Origin: Gammaproteobacteria bacterium
Lineage (GTDB): Bacteria > Pseudomonadota > Gammaproteobacteria > GCA-001735895
DNA length: 64,000 nt
Assembly: GCA_050298595.1 (NCBI GenBank)
Contig: JBNKUM010000100.1
Location: 124,237-188,236 of the forward strand
Reading direction: 5' to 3'
This document shows, in pieces, positions 18,812 through 28,471 of the stretch. Below the pieces are notes generated by a model that did no database searches, had not been told where the DNA came from, and saw only the letters and a list, made by a program, of their open reading frames with translations. A program made the translations under genes and the position numbers. Within the stretch, counting starts at the first letter, position 1, and each line of letters begins with the position of its first letter.

Positions 18812-20423
18812 AATTGATCGCGAACTGGAAACCGAGGTACTGATTATCGGTGGCGGCGTGAGTGGCGCAGGGGTGATGCGTGATCTGGCATTGCGCGGTA
18901 TCAATTGCCTGTTGATAGATAGGAAGGACTTGAATGCGGGGGCTTCTGGTGGAAATCATGGGTTGTTACATAGCGGAGGGCGCTATGCCTCTAGCGATAC
19001 AGAAACCGCAGCAGAATGTCGTCAGGAAGGAGAGATTTTAAAAAACATCGCTGCAGGTCTGATTGATCCCTGTGGCGGCATGTTTGTCGCAGTTGAAGGC
19101 GATGACACCGAGTTTGCAGCGGCGTTTCCGGGGTGTTGTGCCAAAGCGGGTATTCTCTGTGATGAACTTACTGTACAACAGGCGCAAGAGCTTGAGCCAA
19201 CCTTAAGTGATAAAATTTTAGCCGCCTATAAAGTACCGGATGCCAGCATTGACCCCTTTAGAATTACGCTGGCTAATGTACAGCATGCAAAACAATTGAC
19301 CGAGAGTGATTTCCTGCCACATATGCAATTGATTGAGTTCGAGAAATCAGACAATTTGATTACCGCTGCACTCTGCCTGAATCATAAGACAGGAGAACGG
19401 TTGAGGATTCGTGCCAGTCAATTCGTCAATGCCAGTGGCGCCTGGTCTAAGATGGTTGCAGAGCTTGCGGGCTGCCGGGATGTCCAGTTGTTGTATTCCA
19501 AAGGCACCTTGATTATCAGTAATGCACGCGTCAGTAATGGTGTGGTTAATCGCCTGAGACCTGCGGCAGATGGTGATATCCTGGTGCCAGGTGGAACGGT
19601 TTCTTTACTCGGAACCACGTCAGATAATGTGGATAGTCTGGACAATATCAAACCCACTGCCGACGAGGTGGATCGAATATTACAGCAGGGAATAGCGATG
19701 ATTCCTGTGCTAGAAAGCACCCGCTTTATTCGCGCTTTTTCAGGGGTAAGACCCTTAATGATGTCATCCGCTGCTGAGACCGACGGGCGCAAGGCCAGTC
19801 GCGGCTTTACCCTTTTTGATCACGAACAGCAGGGTGTTTCCAACCTGGCAACTGTTGCAGGTGGAAAGCTCACTACATTTCGCCTGATGGCTGAGAAAAC
19901 TGCCGATCTGGTTGCGCAAAGGTTGGGTAATACTGCATCCTGTAAAACAGCCAGCGAGGCATTACCCGAAGATGAACGAGTACGCTGGACCGAGCCGGGA
20001 TATGCTGCTCGACACTGGTATCAACAACATGACAATAGCGATTTAATACTCTGCGAATGCGAAATGGTACCAAAGTCAGTGGTGGATGATGTCATCGCAC
20101 AGTCACCAGGCAGGGAGTCGGATATGACGGTCAAGGCTATTGGACTACGTAGCCGTATAGGGAAGGGCAGCTGTCAGGGTGCGTTTTGCGCAATGCGGGT
20201 CACCTCCTATCTATACGATAAAAACTTTTATCATAATAAAGATGGCCTGAGGCATATGCGTGACTTTGTTGATGAGCGCTTCAAGGGTATAAAACCTGTT
20301 TTATGGGGCGAACAAATGGCCCAGGTAGAACTGGCTGAAACTATGCATTGTGGCTTGATGGGGCTGGACCTGCTGGATGAGAAGAAAGCGCACAATGAAG
20401 ATGTCAGGGCAACAGACAAATGA
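18804..20423 (+). CDS. glpA: Anaerobic glycerol-3-phosphate dehydrogenase subunit A
   Basis: GGGVSGAG..RDLALRG, NHGLLHSGGRYA, C-terminal CECE...G.GSCQGAFC [2Fe-2S] motif. Confidence 0.92.
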   Translation: MNRIDRELETEVLIIGGGVSGAGVMRDLALRGINCLLIDRKDLNAGASGGNHGLLHSGGRYASSDTETAAECRQEGEILKNIAAGLIDPCGGMFVAVEGDDTEFAAAFPGCCAKAGILCDELTVQQAQELEPTLSDKILAAYKVPDASIDPFRITLANVQHAKQLTESDFLPHMQLIEFEKSDNLITAALCLNHKTGERLRIRASQFVNASGAWSKMVAELAGCRDVQLLYSKGTLIISNARVSNGVVNRLRPAADGDILVPGGTVSLLGTTSDNVDSLDNIKPTADEVDRILQQGIAMIPVLESTRFIRAFSGVRPLMMSSAAETDGRKASRGFTLFDHEQQGVSNLATVAGGKLTTFRLMAEKTADLVAQRLGNTASCKTASEALPEDERVRWTEPGYAARHWYQQHDNSDLILCECEMVPKSVVDDVIAQSPGRESDMTVKAIGLRSRIGKGSCQGAFCAMRVTSYLYDKNFYHNKDGLRHMRDFVDERFKGIKPVLWGEQMAQVELAETMHCGLMGLDLLDEKKAHNEDVRATDK

Positions 20424-21694
20424 TTAAAAAAACACGTCACTATCAATCAGAGCTTGCTGTTGTAGGTGCAGGCATTGCGGGTTGCGCCGCCAGTATATTT
20501 GCGCTCAATCGTGGAATCAAAACCATACAGATTGGTAATACCGGCGCGCTTGCCTATACCTCAGGATACCTGGATCTAATAGGAGTTGATCATACCGATG
20601 TCATCGATGACCCGTGGCAAGGACTGGATCGCCTGCGTCAACAGGATCCGCATCACCCCTACTGTAAGGTCAGTAATGACGAAGTACGCACCGCATTTGA
20701 TGAGTTTGTCAGTACCTTGCAGGATATGGGATTGAGCTATACCAAAGCTACTGACAGCAATTTTGTGGCAATGACTCCTGCCGGAACCCTTAAACCAACC
20801 CACTGTATGCCGGCTACCATGAGTCAGTCAATACAGGCCATGATGAGCAGAGCCAGGGTGCTATTCATTGATTTCATCGGTCTTGAAGGTTTTAGTGCGC
20901 AGGAAATAATGGCTAATCTAGGCGCTCAATGGTCGGGTCTTGCTGCACAAAGCATTGCATTTCCTGAGATGGAAACTGGCGCTCAGGTGTATCCTGAAGT
21001 GATGGCCAGGGCATTGGAGGTATCCGAGACAAGAGCGCTGTTAGCGCAACGTATCAAGCAGGTTGCAGGGGATGCCCAATACATTGCATTACCCGCTATT
21101 CTGGGGATACATGGGCCTGATCACATTCATCGAGAAATGGAAAGACTGGTCGGATTGCCCATTTTCGAGATACCTACCATACCGCCTGCGGTGCCGGGTA
21201 TACGGTTACGCGAATTGCTGGAACAGCAGTTGGCGGCAAAAGGGGCAACAGTCATCACTCAGCAAAAAGTTGCAGCAGCTACCTTAAAAGACGAAGGGAT
21301 ACTTCTGGAGTATGATGATCACTATGGTCCGGTAAATATTCAGGCGGATAATATACTGCTTGCAAGCGGACGCTTTTTATCGGGCGGCTTATCTGCAGAT
21401 CAGAATTACCTGCGTGAAGCTTTGATGAACCTGCCGATTCAACAGCCCGATAATCGAGATCACTGGTTTAGTGATGAATACTTCGCCCCAGAGGGGCATG
21501 CAGTCAATCGCTCGGGAGTTCTTGTAAACGAAAAATTTCAGGTAGTTAATCATCAGCATGAAGTAGTCGACCCACGCCTGTATGCAGCAGGTATTGTACT
21601 GGCGAATCAGGACTGGATTCGTCAGCGCTGTGGAGCAGGGGTTGCGATAGCTTCGGCGTATAAAGCGATACTTTCGGTACAGCAAAATCTGTGA
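20420..21694 (+). CDS. glpB: Anaerobic glycerol-3-phosphate dehydrogenase subunit B
   Basis: GAGIAG, GTLKPT, EIPTIPPAVPGIRL, LASGRFLSGGL, CGAGVA. Confidence 0.92.
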   Translation: MIKKTRHYQSELAVVGAGIAGCAASIFALNRGIKTIQIGNTGALAYTSGYLDLIGVDHTDVIDDPWQGLDRLRQQDPHHPYCKVSNDEVRTAFDEFVSTLQDMGLSYTKATDSNFVAMTPAGTLKPTHCMPATMSQSIQAMMSRARVLFIDFIGLEGFSAQEIMANLGAQWSGLAAQSIAFPEMETGAQVYPEVMARALEVSETRALLAQRIKQVAGDAQYIALPAILGIHGPDHIHREMERLVGLPIFEIPTIPPAVPGIRLRELLEQQLAAKGATVITQQKVAAATLKDEGILLEYDDHYGPVNIQADNILLASGRFLSGGLSADQNYLREALMNLPIQQPDNRDHWFSDEYFAPEGHAVNRSGVLVNEKFQVVNHQHEVVDPRLYAAGIVLANQDWIRQRCGAGVAIASAYKAILSVQQNL

Positions 21695-21876
21695 TTTTCG
21701 TTTTTCTCACCTCTAAAATAATCAGAGGCTCCCTGTCCAAAAATAAAAACTGTTTCAGCTTCTTTTAATCTAACTGTGGTAGATTGTATGCCCGCAAATA
21801 TATTGAATTGGCTGTCTTTTAGTTATTAAGTTGATTTCTGTATAAGACAGAATTAGCCACGGGTTTAAAAATACTA

Positions 21877-22791
21877 ATGAAAAAAATTATTCTGACTATC
21901 CATACACTGTTCCTGATAGTGATTTCATCTACTACCCAGGCAAATGAAATTACCGAGAAAAATTCGTATGAAGCTCGCTATGCTTATGCGATGGGTTATC
22001 GAATGGGGCAATCATTAAAGTCTAAGGGCGTTAAGAAACTGAACTCCAGTGATCTATTGAGAGGTATTACTGATTTTCTAGATGATAAAAAACCAGAGCT
22101 TACTGAAATTGAAATCAACGACACCATTAACTCATATCATCAATCTCTTAAAACACAGCGTAAAACGGGTGGTTCAGTTAATTCGATAGATGAAGCTCGC
22201 TATGCTTATGCGATGGGATACCGTATGGGCCAATCTTTAAATCCAAAAGCTATCAAGAAACCTAAACCCAGTGATCTGTTGAGTGGGCTAAATGATTGCC
22301 TGGATGATAAAAAGGCCAGACTGGTTACTGACGGTGAAATTAATGATGCTATTACCTCATACCATGAATATCTTAATGCTCTGCGTAAAAAAGATGGAAA
22401 AGCTAATCTGCAGGAAGCAGTCGCCTATTTAGATAAAAACCAGTCCAGACCCGGTGTGATGAAAATGCCATCAGGTCTGCAGTATGAAATAGTTAAATCA
22501 GCGAATGGTGTGCAGCCAAAATTAAATGACTCTGTTCTGGTTCATTATCAAGGCAGCTTTATTAGCGGTGAAGTATTTGACAGCTCGATTGACCGGGGTG
22601 AGCCAGTAGAGTTTATGTTAGCCGATGTAATCCCCGGATTTAAAGTAGCGTTAACGCAGATGCATATCGGTGAGAAATGGAAAATTTTTGTACCACCATC
22701 ACTGGGTTATGGTGAACGAGGAATAAAGGGCTCTATAGGCGCGAATGAAATGCTGATTTTTGATCTAGAATTACTGGCTATAAACCCATGA
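21877..22791 (+). CDS. FKBP-type PPIase (Mip/FkpA-like) with duplicated N-terminal domain
   Basis: Two YAYAMGYRMGQSL units; SGLQYE, VHYQG, FDSS, VIPG, LGYG. Confidence 0.9.
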   Translation: MKKIILTIHTLFLIVISSTTQANEITEKNSYEARYAYAMGYRMGQSLKSKGVKKLNSSDLLRGITDFLDDKKPELTEIEINDTINSYHQSLKTQRKTGGSVNSIDEARYAYAMGYRMGQSLNPKAIKKPKPSDLLSGLNDCLDDKKARLVTDGEINDAITSYHEYLNALRKKDGKANLQEAVAYLDKNQSRPGVMKMPSGLQYEIVKSANGVQPKLNDSVLVHYQGSFISGEVFDSSIDRGEPVEFMLADVIPGFKVALTQMHIGEKWKIFVPPSLGYGERGIKGSIGANEMLIFDLELLAINP

Positions 22792-22946
22792 GATATTGAG
22801 TAAGTGGTTTTTACTGGGGCTGAAGAAAAATAAATAGCTGACATTGTTACCGAGAGCTGTAATAGACGGGGGGGCGGCGCCAGGCCCAGTCAATTCACGT
22901 GTATCTGACTGGAAGTGGCTAATGGGTGCCCCCTCATGATCTACAA

Positions 22947-22998
22947 CCTACGTCCATGTAGGCGTCCATGCATTCGCGAAATAACAGCATCCATGCTG
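22947..22998 (-). repeat. Cluster of small hairpins with ATGGAY loops on the minus strand
   Basis: CCTAC-GTCCAT-GTAGG, GC-GTCCAT-GC, CAGC-ATCCAT-GCTG. Confidence 0.6.
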
Positions 22999-23063
22999 AA
23001 AATTCAATTGGTAATTCCCGCTACGAGCTGAATTGCAGGTTTGAGGGGGCGAATCTTTGCGCT

Positions 23064-23157
23064 GCCTATACGGACATAGGTAAGGGGTGAGAGCAGGACG
23101 CGGAAGCTTTGCCTATACGGACATAGGTAAGGGGCGTGAGCAGGACGCGGAAGCCTT
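23064..23157 (+). repeat. 47-bp tandem duplication of a GGA-hairpin repeat
   Basis: GCCTATACGGACATAGGTAAGGGG..GAGCAGGACGCGGAAGC twice. Confidence 0.9.
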
Positions 23158-23234
23158 GTAATTTCCTGGAATAGCTCGCTATTCCGTGTCGTCACGCCTT
23201 GATCTGCATCTCCTCAAACGCACTACAACTCGTC

Positions 23235-23251
23235 CAACTGTGGATTCCAGG
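23235..23251. mobile_element. Solo right end of MITE family B
   Basis: CAACTGTGGATTCCAGG followed by TTAAA. Confidence 0.55.
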
Positions 23252-23329
23252 TTAAAGCAAACTAAAATGGTTAGAACTCTTTTACAAGAATAAGTCAGTG
23301 CCTAAACAACTACTATAAGTGGTATAACC

Positions 23330-23543
23330 CAATTCCAGCGAACCCGATCAACACGAGTTGACTTTGCTCGTGCATATCATTAGTCAATGTGTTGCCCGAT
23401 ATGTGGAAAAACAGGGCACTCTGAAACGAGGTGAAGAAAACTGTAATCTACAATTCGAAGAGGTGGATGAAGATTCCATGCAGCAACTGACGGGAGTTAA
23501 GGTTGGTTACCGCATACCGTTGGTCAATTTAGCAGCGTGGTAG
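23330..23543 (+). pseudogene. IS91/ISCR-type transposase fragment
   Basis: EL..LVH.IS..VARY.E.QG.L.R.EEN..L....DED.MQQL.G....YRI resembles the central region of IS91/ISCR transposases. Confidence 0.65.
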
Positions 23544-23640
23544 AAGTGACACTTCTGTTTGTAACTGATAATCTTCGGAGTGGTTCGCTGCTTATTGAGA
23601 GCGCTAATTCAAAGATACACTGATTAACAGGGAGTTTATA

Positions 23641-24666
23641 GTGCACATCACAAAATCTATTCTCAGACTCTTTCTTCTCTCCACTCTGATTGCTTCATCT
23701 GTAGCTTGGGCAGAGGTGAAGCTAAACGGTTATTTCATTGCAAACGATAATGAATGTCCAGCTTATAAGTCTTTTCGCAAGAAAACAAATCCGGGAAATG
23801 TACGCCTGGTAGAAGATAGAGCATACCCTGTTCTATCTAAAAACAAGTTTGATGCCACCCACTACCGCTTGAAAATCAAGGAAGCGACCCCATCAGAACG
23901 ATGGGTTGCGCTAGACTGTGGAACATTACTAACACAGTGTGATGAGAATGAAGGCTCCGATGAGCCAGGTAATGAAGATGTCAGTCAGTCTTCACGTCCG
24001 AATTCTCCAAGTTTGCCGGGGCAAGGTAGCAAGGAATATTTGCTGGCTCTAAGTTGGCAGCCGGCATTTTGTCAGTCACATCAGTCAAAGGTTGAGTGCC
24101 AAAGTCAAACTGGCGGGCGTTACGATGCTACACATTTAACACTACATGGACTATGGCCCCAACCCAAGAACAACACATATTGCAATATTCCGAATTCTCA
24201 GAAAAAGCTAGATCAACGGAGTGCATGGTCCCAATTACCCAGCCTGGGTTTATCTGACGACTTAATGAGTGAATTAATCGAAATCATGCCTGGGGTATCC
24301 TCTCATCTACAGCGACATGAATGGACGAAACACGGTTCCTGTTATAGTGAAACACCAGATGAATACTTTAAGGAATCCATGAAATTAGCTCTAGATATCA
24401 ACAACTCTTCAGTACGAGAATTGTTTGCTAATAATATCGGTGAAAGAGTCACGTCTAGAGATATTAAGTCTCGATTCGATTCGGTTTTTGGTCAAGGGAC
24501 TGGCAATAAAGTGATGGTCAAATGCAGTGGCAACATGATAAGCGAGCTTTGGATCAATCTTAAAGGTGATATCGAAGAGGGTTCAAATATCGGGGAACTT
24601 TTAGCTAATGCGCCTGATGCAAGCGTAAGTTGTCAGGGCGGACTGATAGACGCAGTGGGGTTTTAG
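23641..24666 (+). CDS. Secreted ribonuclease T2 with N-terminal accessory domain
   Basis: Signal peptide; YLLALSWQPAFC, LHGLWP, HEWTKHGSC. Confidence 0.93.
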   Translation: MHITKSILRLFLLSTLIASSVAWAEVKLNGYFIANDNECPAYKSFRKKTNPGNVRLVEDRAYPVLSKNKFDATHYRLKIKEATPSERWVALDCGTLLTQCDENEGSDEPGNEDVSQSSRPNSPSLPGQGSKEYLLALSWQPAFCQSHQSKVECQSQTGGRYDATHLTLHGLWPQPKNNTYCNIPNSQKKLDQRSAWSQLPSLGLSDDLMSELIEIMPGVSSHLQRHEWTKHGSCYSETPDEYFKESMKLALDINNSSVRELFANNIGERVTSRDIKSRFDSVFGQGTGNKVMVKCSGNMISELWINLKGDIEEGSNIGELLANAPDASVSCQGGLIDAVGF

Positions 24667-24860
24667 CCCATCATCGAATTCTTTGAATCGAAACCCCGCA
24701 TTTTCTTTATTCTTGAGAGCTATTACAGAAGAGGCAATCTTATTACAGAACGGTAATAAGAAAATCGCCAGTACATCCGTCACCAAAGAGCCAGAGGAAA
24801 TTAATGTCGGCAATTCAAACTCTCGTCGTACACAATTATCCCTCTCTAAAAATCGTTAAT

Positions 24861-24980
24861 TGGAAAACTGCTCGGAGTCGTCAGTACATATTGACGGCCA
24901 GAATGTGAACGGATCCCTTACTGGGAGTGGTTATTCAAAACCAGAAGTTGTAGGTCGCTGTGGTGCCAGGAGCACTGTTG
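24861..24980. repeat. Cluster of degenerate short palindromes, homologous to 35106-35210
   Basis: Shared GTCGTCAGTA...GTGAA...CTGG.AG.GGT.ATTC...CAGGAGC. Confidence 0.6.
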
Positions 24981-25024
24981 TTACTGGTGGAGAATTATTA
25001 TGTTTCCTGATCCAGTGATTTTTT

Positions 25025-25103
25025 GGGGAAGGCCAAAACAGGGTTGGCTGAGAGATAGAGTAATTGCGAGTAATTCCCATGTAACTCAGAGCCCTTTAAC
25101 TTC
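25025..25103 (+). repeat. ~80-bp direct repeat copy 1
   Basis: GGGGAA..CC.AAAAC..GGTTGG...ATAGAGTA.TTGCGAGTAATTCCCATG...CCCTTTAACT; second copy at 28045-28124. Confidence 0.85.
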
Positions 25104-25261
25104 GCTGGCACCTTATTCGGTAAGGCAGCAGTCGATGCTGTCGCGAGTGCTGACACTGGAAATCTGCCGCTACAGACGGTGTATGACTATCGGATATCAT
25201 TGAGCGGTACGCGCCAGATCCTGTATGAGATGGGCGAGAGTGCCGCCCATCTTTTGACCAC

Positions 25262-26572
25262 CTAACGATCCCTTCCCACGCCGCGAAAGCGCTTACGCAC
25301 GGTAAACCAGGCACCTATATCCAGTAACGGGCGTGGTGGTAGCCAGCGTGCCGCAGGACTGGCAACACAGTCGTTGATTAGCTGTGACTGGCCGCCGCTG
25401 GCATACTCTGCAAGGGCGCAGCCAAATGCGGTACCCCGGCTGACTCCTGAGCCATTATAGCCACCAGCCAGGTAGAGACCTCGCGCCGGGTTTTGAAAGA
25501 AATTGGTGCCGTTCTGACTAATGCCTTCGACGCCCGACCAGGCGTATTCAAATGGTACATGGCGTAACTGGGGGAAGCGGTTTTCAAAACCCTGGCGATG
25601 AATTTGCTGACGTCGGGCAAGCAGTGACTCAGAAAGCAAACGAGCGGCATGATATTCGGCGGTATTGCGAATGCAGATACGGCCATCCTGGGTTAGGCGA
25701 ACCGTGGCGCCACCACTGTGTAGCGACAACACGCCCCACTGCGGTAAACTACCCAGCGACGCGATTTCATCTGCGCTTAACTGTCGGGTAAAGCTCCCCG
25801 ACAGCGTACTGCCAACAACAAAGCGTTCGATTTGTCCCAGTCTGGCGGCTTCAAAGTTGGTCGCGATCAACACATTATCCGCCTCTATTGTTCCGCTCGC
25901 GGTGCGCAGACTATGACTCTGACCCTGTGTTATCTCTAACACAGGGCTAGATTCATACAGCTGTACATTGGGTGGTAATGAGTTGGCCAATCCGTACAGC
26001 AGGGCGGCAGGTTGCAGCAAACTACCCACCTGCACATGCACCCCTTGCTGATACCAGGTGGTTCCCAGTTGCTCACTCAATGCCTCCTGACTTAGTGGGG
26101 CATGTGGAATCTCCATACGCTGCAGATAATCCTTAAAGTATGCAAGCTCCTGAGTTGAATTCACATCCGCTGCTGTGTGATAAATGCCCTGTTCATGCCA
26201 TTCGCAATCGATTTTATGCGTAGTAACCTGATCGCGCAGTATGTCCAGGCCTGCGGAGTTGATTCGGTTTACACGTCGATAGTTATTCTGCTGCTTTTCA
26301 TCGAAGGGGCCTGCAAAATGAGTGATCGCAACCGCGTATCCTGAATTGCGCCCAGAGGCTGCCTGCGCCACCGCACGCGCCTCGAGCAGGATGATGTTGT
26401 CATCGGGGTGCAGCTCGGCCAGGCGGCGGGCGCAGGCGAGCCCGGTAAACCCGGCACCAATCACTGCCCAGCGAGTTCGCTGCTTGCCCTGAAAGGGTTG
26501 AGAGGGCTGGCGCTGTGGAAGCAGTTCGGCCCAGCCATGCGCGTCATTACTAAAACTGTTGCTGCTGATCAT
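25262..26572 (-). CDS. FAD-dependent oxidoreductase (DadA/PuuB-like)
   Basis: VIGAGFTG, ASGRNSG, GYNGSGVSRG. Confidence 0.9.
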   Translation of the reverse strand: MISSNSFSNDAHGWAELLPQRQPSQPFQGKQRTRWAVIGAGFTGLACARRLAELHPDDNIILLEARAVAQAASGRNSGYAVAITHFAGPFDEKQQNNYRRVNRINSAGLDILRDQVTTHKIDCEWHEQGIYHTAADVNSTQELAYFKDYLQRMEIPHAPLSQEALSEQLGTTWYQQGVHVQVGSLLQPAALLYGLANSLPPNVQLYESSPVLEITQGQSHSLRTASGTIEADNVLIATNFEAARLGQIERFVVGSTLSGSFTRQLSADEIASLGSLPQWGVLSLHSGGATVRLTQDGRICIRNTAEYHAARLLSESLLARRQQIHRQGFENRFPQLRHVPFEYAWSGVEGISQNGTNFFQNPARGLYLAGGYNGSGVSRGTAFGCALAEYASGGQSQLINDCVASPAARWLPPRPLLDIGAWFTVRKRFRGVGRDR

Positions 26573-27720
26573 TACTGAGCCAGATGATCGATTCGGGTAA
26601 AATTATCGGAGATTTCATTGACCGTATCCAGCCAGCGTGCCACCAGTTTGGGGCTATCTGGTGCGGCACTGACTCCAGCATCAATTTCGTCCTGTAGCAC
26701 TGCTTCCACCGCCAGACTCAGTGGAATTGACACCAGCCTTGCCATTGCCGAACCCTGTTCGTTGCCAAAGGCATCAAGCAGGTAACTTTGATGCCATACA
26801 GGTTTGCCATCCCGTTTAGCCATTAGAGTGACGGCCATGACGACCCGATCCGCTTCACCTTCTTCAAGTTTGTATTTTTGCCACAGTTGGTCGCTCAATT
26901 CGTTGAGCTCGGCATCGCTCATGCCTTGCTCTACACGATCAAAAATCGGACGCCATGCCTGTTTCCAGCCCTTATATCGCAGCGTCCCACGCACAAACTG
27001 CTCGACCTTCCAGTCACTGGAAAAATGGTACTGGGACATGAATGGACGCGAGTCCCGATTTGGATAAACCTCGAAGGTTTCGGCTCCCCAGGGCATGTCG
27101 AGTGGGAATTGCTCTATCGCACTCCATGGCTGGTTAACGACGTAATCAACACCATCACGAATGCTGACCGAAGGACTCTTGAGTGCACGTAATACACCCA
27201 GCGGCGACCAACTGAAGCGATAGCAAAAGTCGTTTGGCTGCTTGCTCAGGCCACCACAATAACTGGTGAAGAAGTGTAGGTTGTTTTTATCAAATACCTC
27301 GGAGGCCTGGTAATCGGCAACCAGCGCGTGTGCCATACTGTGGTCGATACCGGGATCAAGCCCGACCTCATTGACCATGCACAGACCTGCCTTCCTGCTC
27401 GCGGCGTCCAGTTCGCGCATCTGATCTGAAATATAGGAACTGGAAACGAAATGAGCGCCTTGTTGTAACGCTAATTGCGCCAGAGTAGGGTGATAATCTG
27501 CAGGTAACATTGACACAATCACATCACCGGCAGATATATTATTTTTCAGGGTATCCATGTCGAATTCGACAGCCTTAGCGTCGCCGTTCAGCCCCGCGAT
27601 GGCCTGCTGTGCTTTTTCAATCGAGCGGTTATAGACAATCACCCGGTGGCCGTTTTTAATCAGGCGGCGCAAACCCGGGATAGCAGAAAGACCAGTTCCG
27701 GCCCAGTGAATTGTTGCCAT
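26572..27720 (-). CDS. Saccharopine dehydrogenase family protein
   Basis: HWAGTGLS, NEVGLDPGIDH, SYCGG, FSWSPLGVL, YPNRDS, RGTLR, AMARLVS. Confidence 0.9.
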   Translation of the reverse strand: MATIHWAGTGLSAIPGLRRLIKNGHRVIVYNRSIEKAQQAIAGLNGDAKAVEFDMDTLKNNISAGDVIVSMLPADYHPTLAQLALQQGAHFVSSSYISDQMRELDAASRKAGLCMVNEVGLDPGIDHSMAHALVADYQASEVFDKNNLHFFTSYCGGLSKQPNDFCYRFSWSPLGVLRALKSPSVSIRDGVDYVVNQPWSAIEQFPLDMPWGAETFEVYPNRDSRPFMSQYHFSSDWKVEQFVRGTLRYKGWKQAWRPIFDRVEQGMSDAELNELSDQLWQKYKLEEGEADRVVMAVTLMAKRDGKPVWHQSYLLDAFGNEQGSAMARLVSIPLSLAVEAVLQDEIDAGVSAAPDSPKLVARWLDTVNEISDNFTRIDHLAQ

Positions 27721-28044
27721 ACGGCATCCTCCAAAAACAGATTAATCATAGGTGAGTAACCCTACCAGTATTACCGCCATCATTGCCAATGTTTTTACAT
27801 AGATCAGGCGGTGAGATGGTCAAGATAGATAACTCTTATCTCAACAGCCCTATGAAATGCAGGATCGACACTCTCTGCCATGCATAGCTTTGCTGGCTGC
27901 TATCTGGTTCCCTATCCCGCTAGTCGGTGTCTCATAGGCACAAACCCATCATAAAACTATGTCACGAGGTTTGATAAAAGAACTGTAAACCGGTCTCCCG
28001 GGTACTCGCGGATGACATTTTTCACTTAAGTAAGTGCTATACAC

Positions 28045-28124
28045 GGGGAAAACCGAAAACCAGGTTGGTCGAGTAATAGAGTACTTGCGAGTAATTCCCA
28101 TGAAACACCGACCCCTTTAACTCC
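28045..28124 (+). repeat. ~80-bp direct repeat copy 2
   Basis: Aligns with 25025-25103. Confidence 0.85.
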
Positions 28125-28471
28125 GGAAGAGTATATTGCTAAATAGCATATAAAGGGTGGGGGAAGGTTTCAAAGATTTCTGTGGCCTACCAGTGGCCTT
28201 TTTCCTCCGGTTTATCGGATTTTACAATTTCTGACACAAGTTTTCAGATAACGCGATCTAAATACACTATTGCTCTCCTGTCTCTCAATTAGCAATACTC
28301 CTGGCTGATTAAAAAATGTTGGTGCATCCCTGCACAACGAAACCTCTGCGCTTTGCAGAGGTTGCTTAATTTTTATTTCAATAGTTTAGTTAAAATTAGT
28401 TTTTAATATTACGCCGGTTGAGAGCTATCTTAGAATCAGCATACCTGGCTGAACGTTTAGAAAAATGCTGG

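Noticed and set aside
23064-23157. CRISPR array
   Set aside because: Two adjacent units with no unique spacers and no cas genes
27721-28040. Lysine riboswitch upstream of saccharopine dehydrogenase
   Set aside because: Conserved AGAGG(U/C)GC start and other L-box elements not found on the minus strand
28110-28175. IS3-family tail (LTPEEY, GGGGAAGGT)
   Set aside because: Match too short to support
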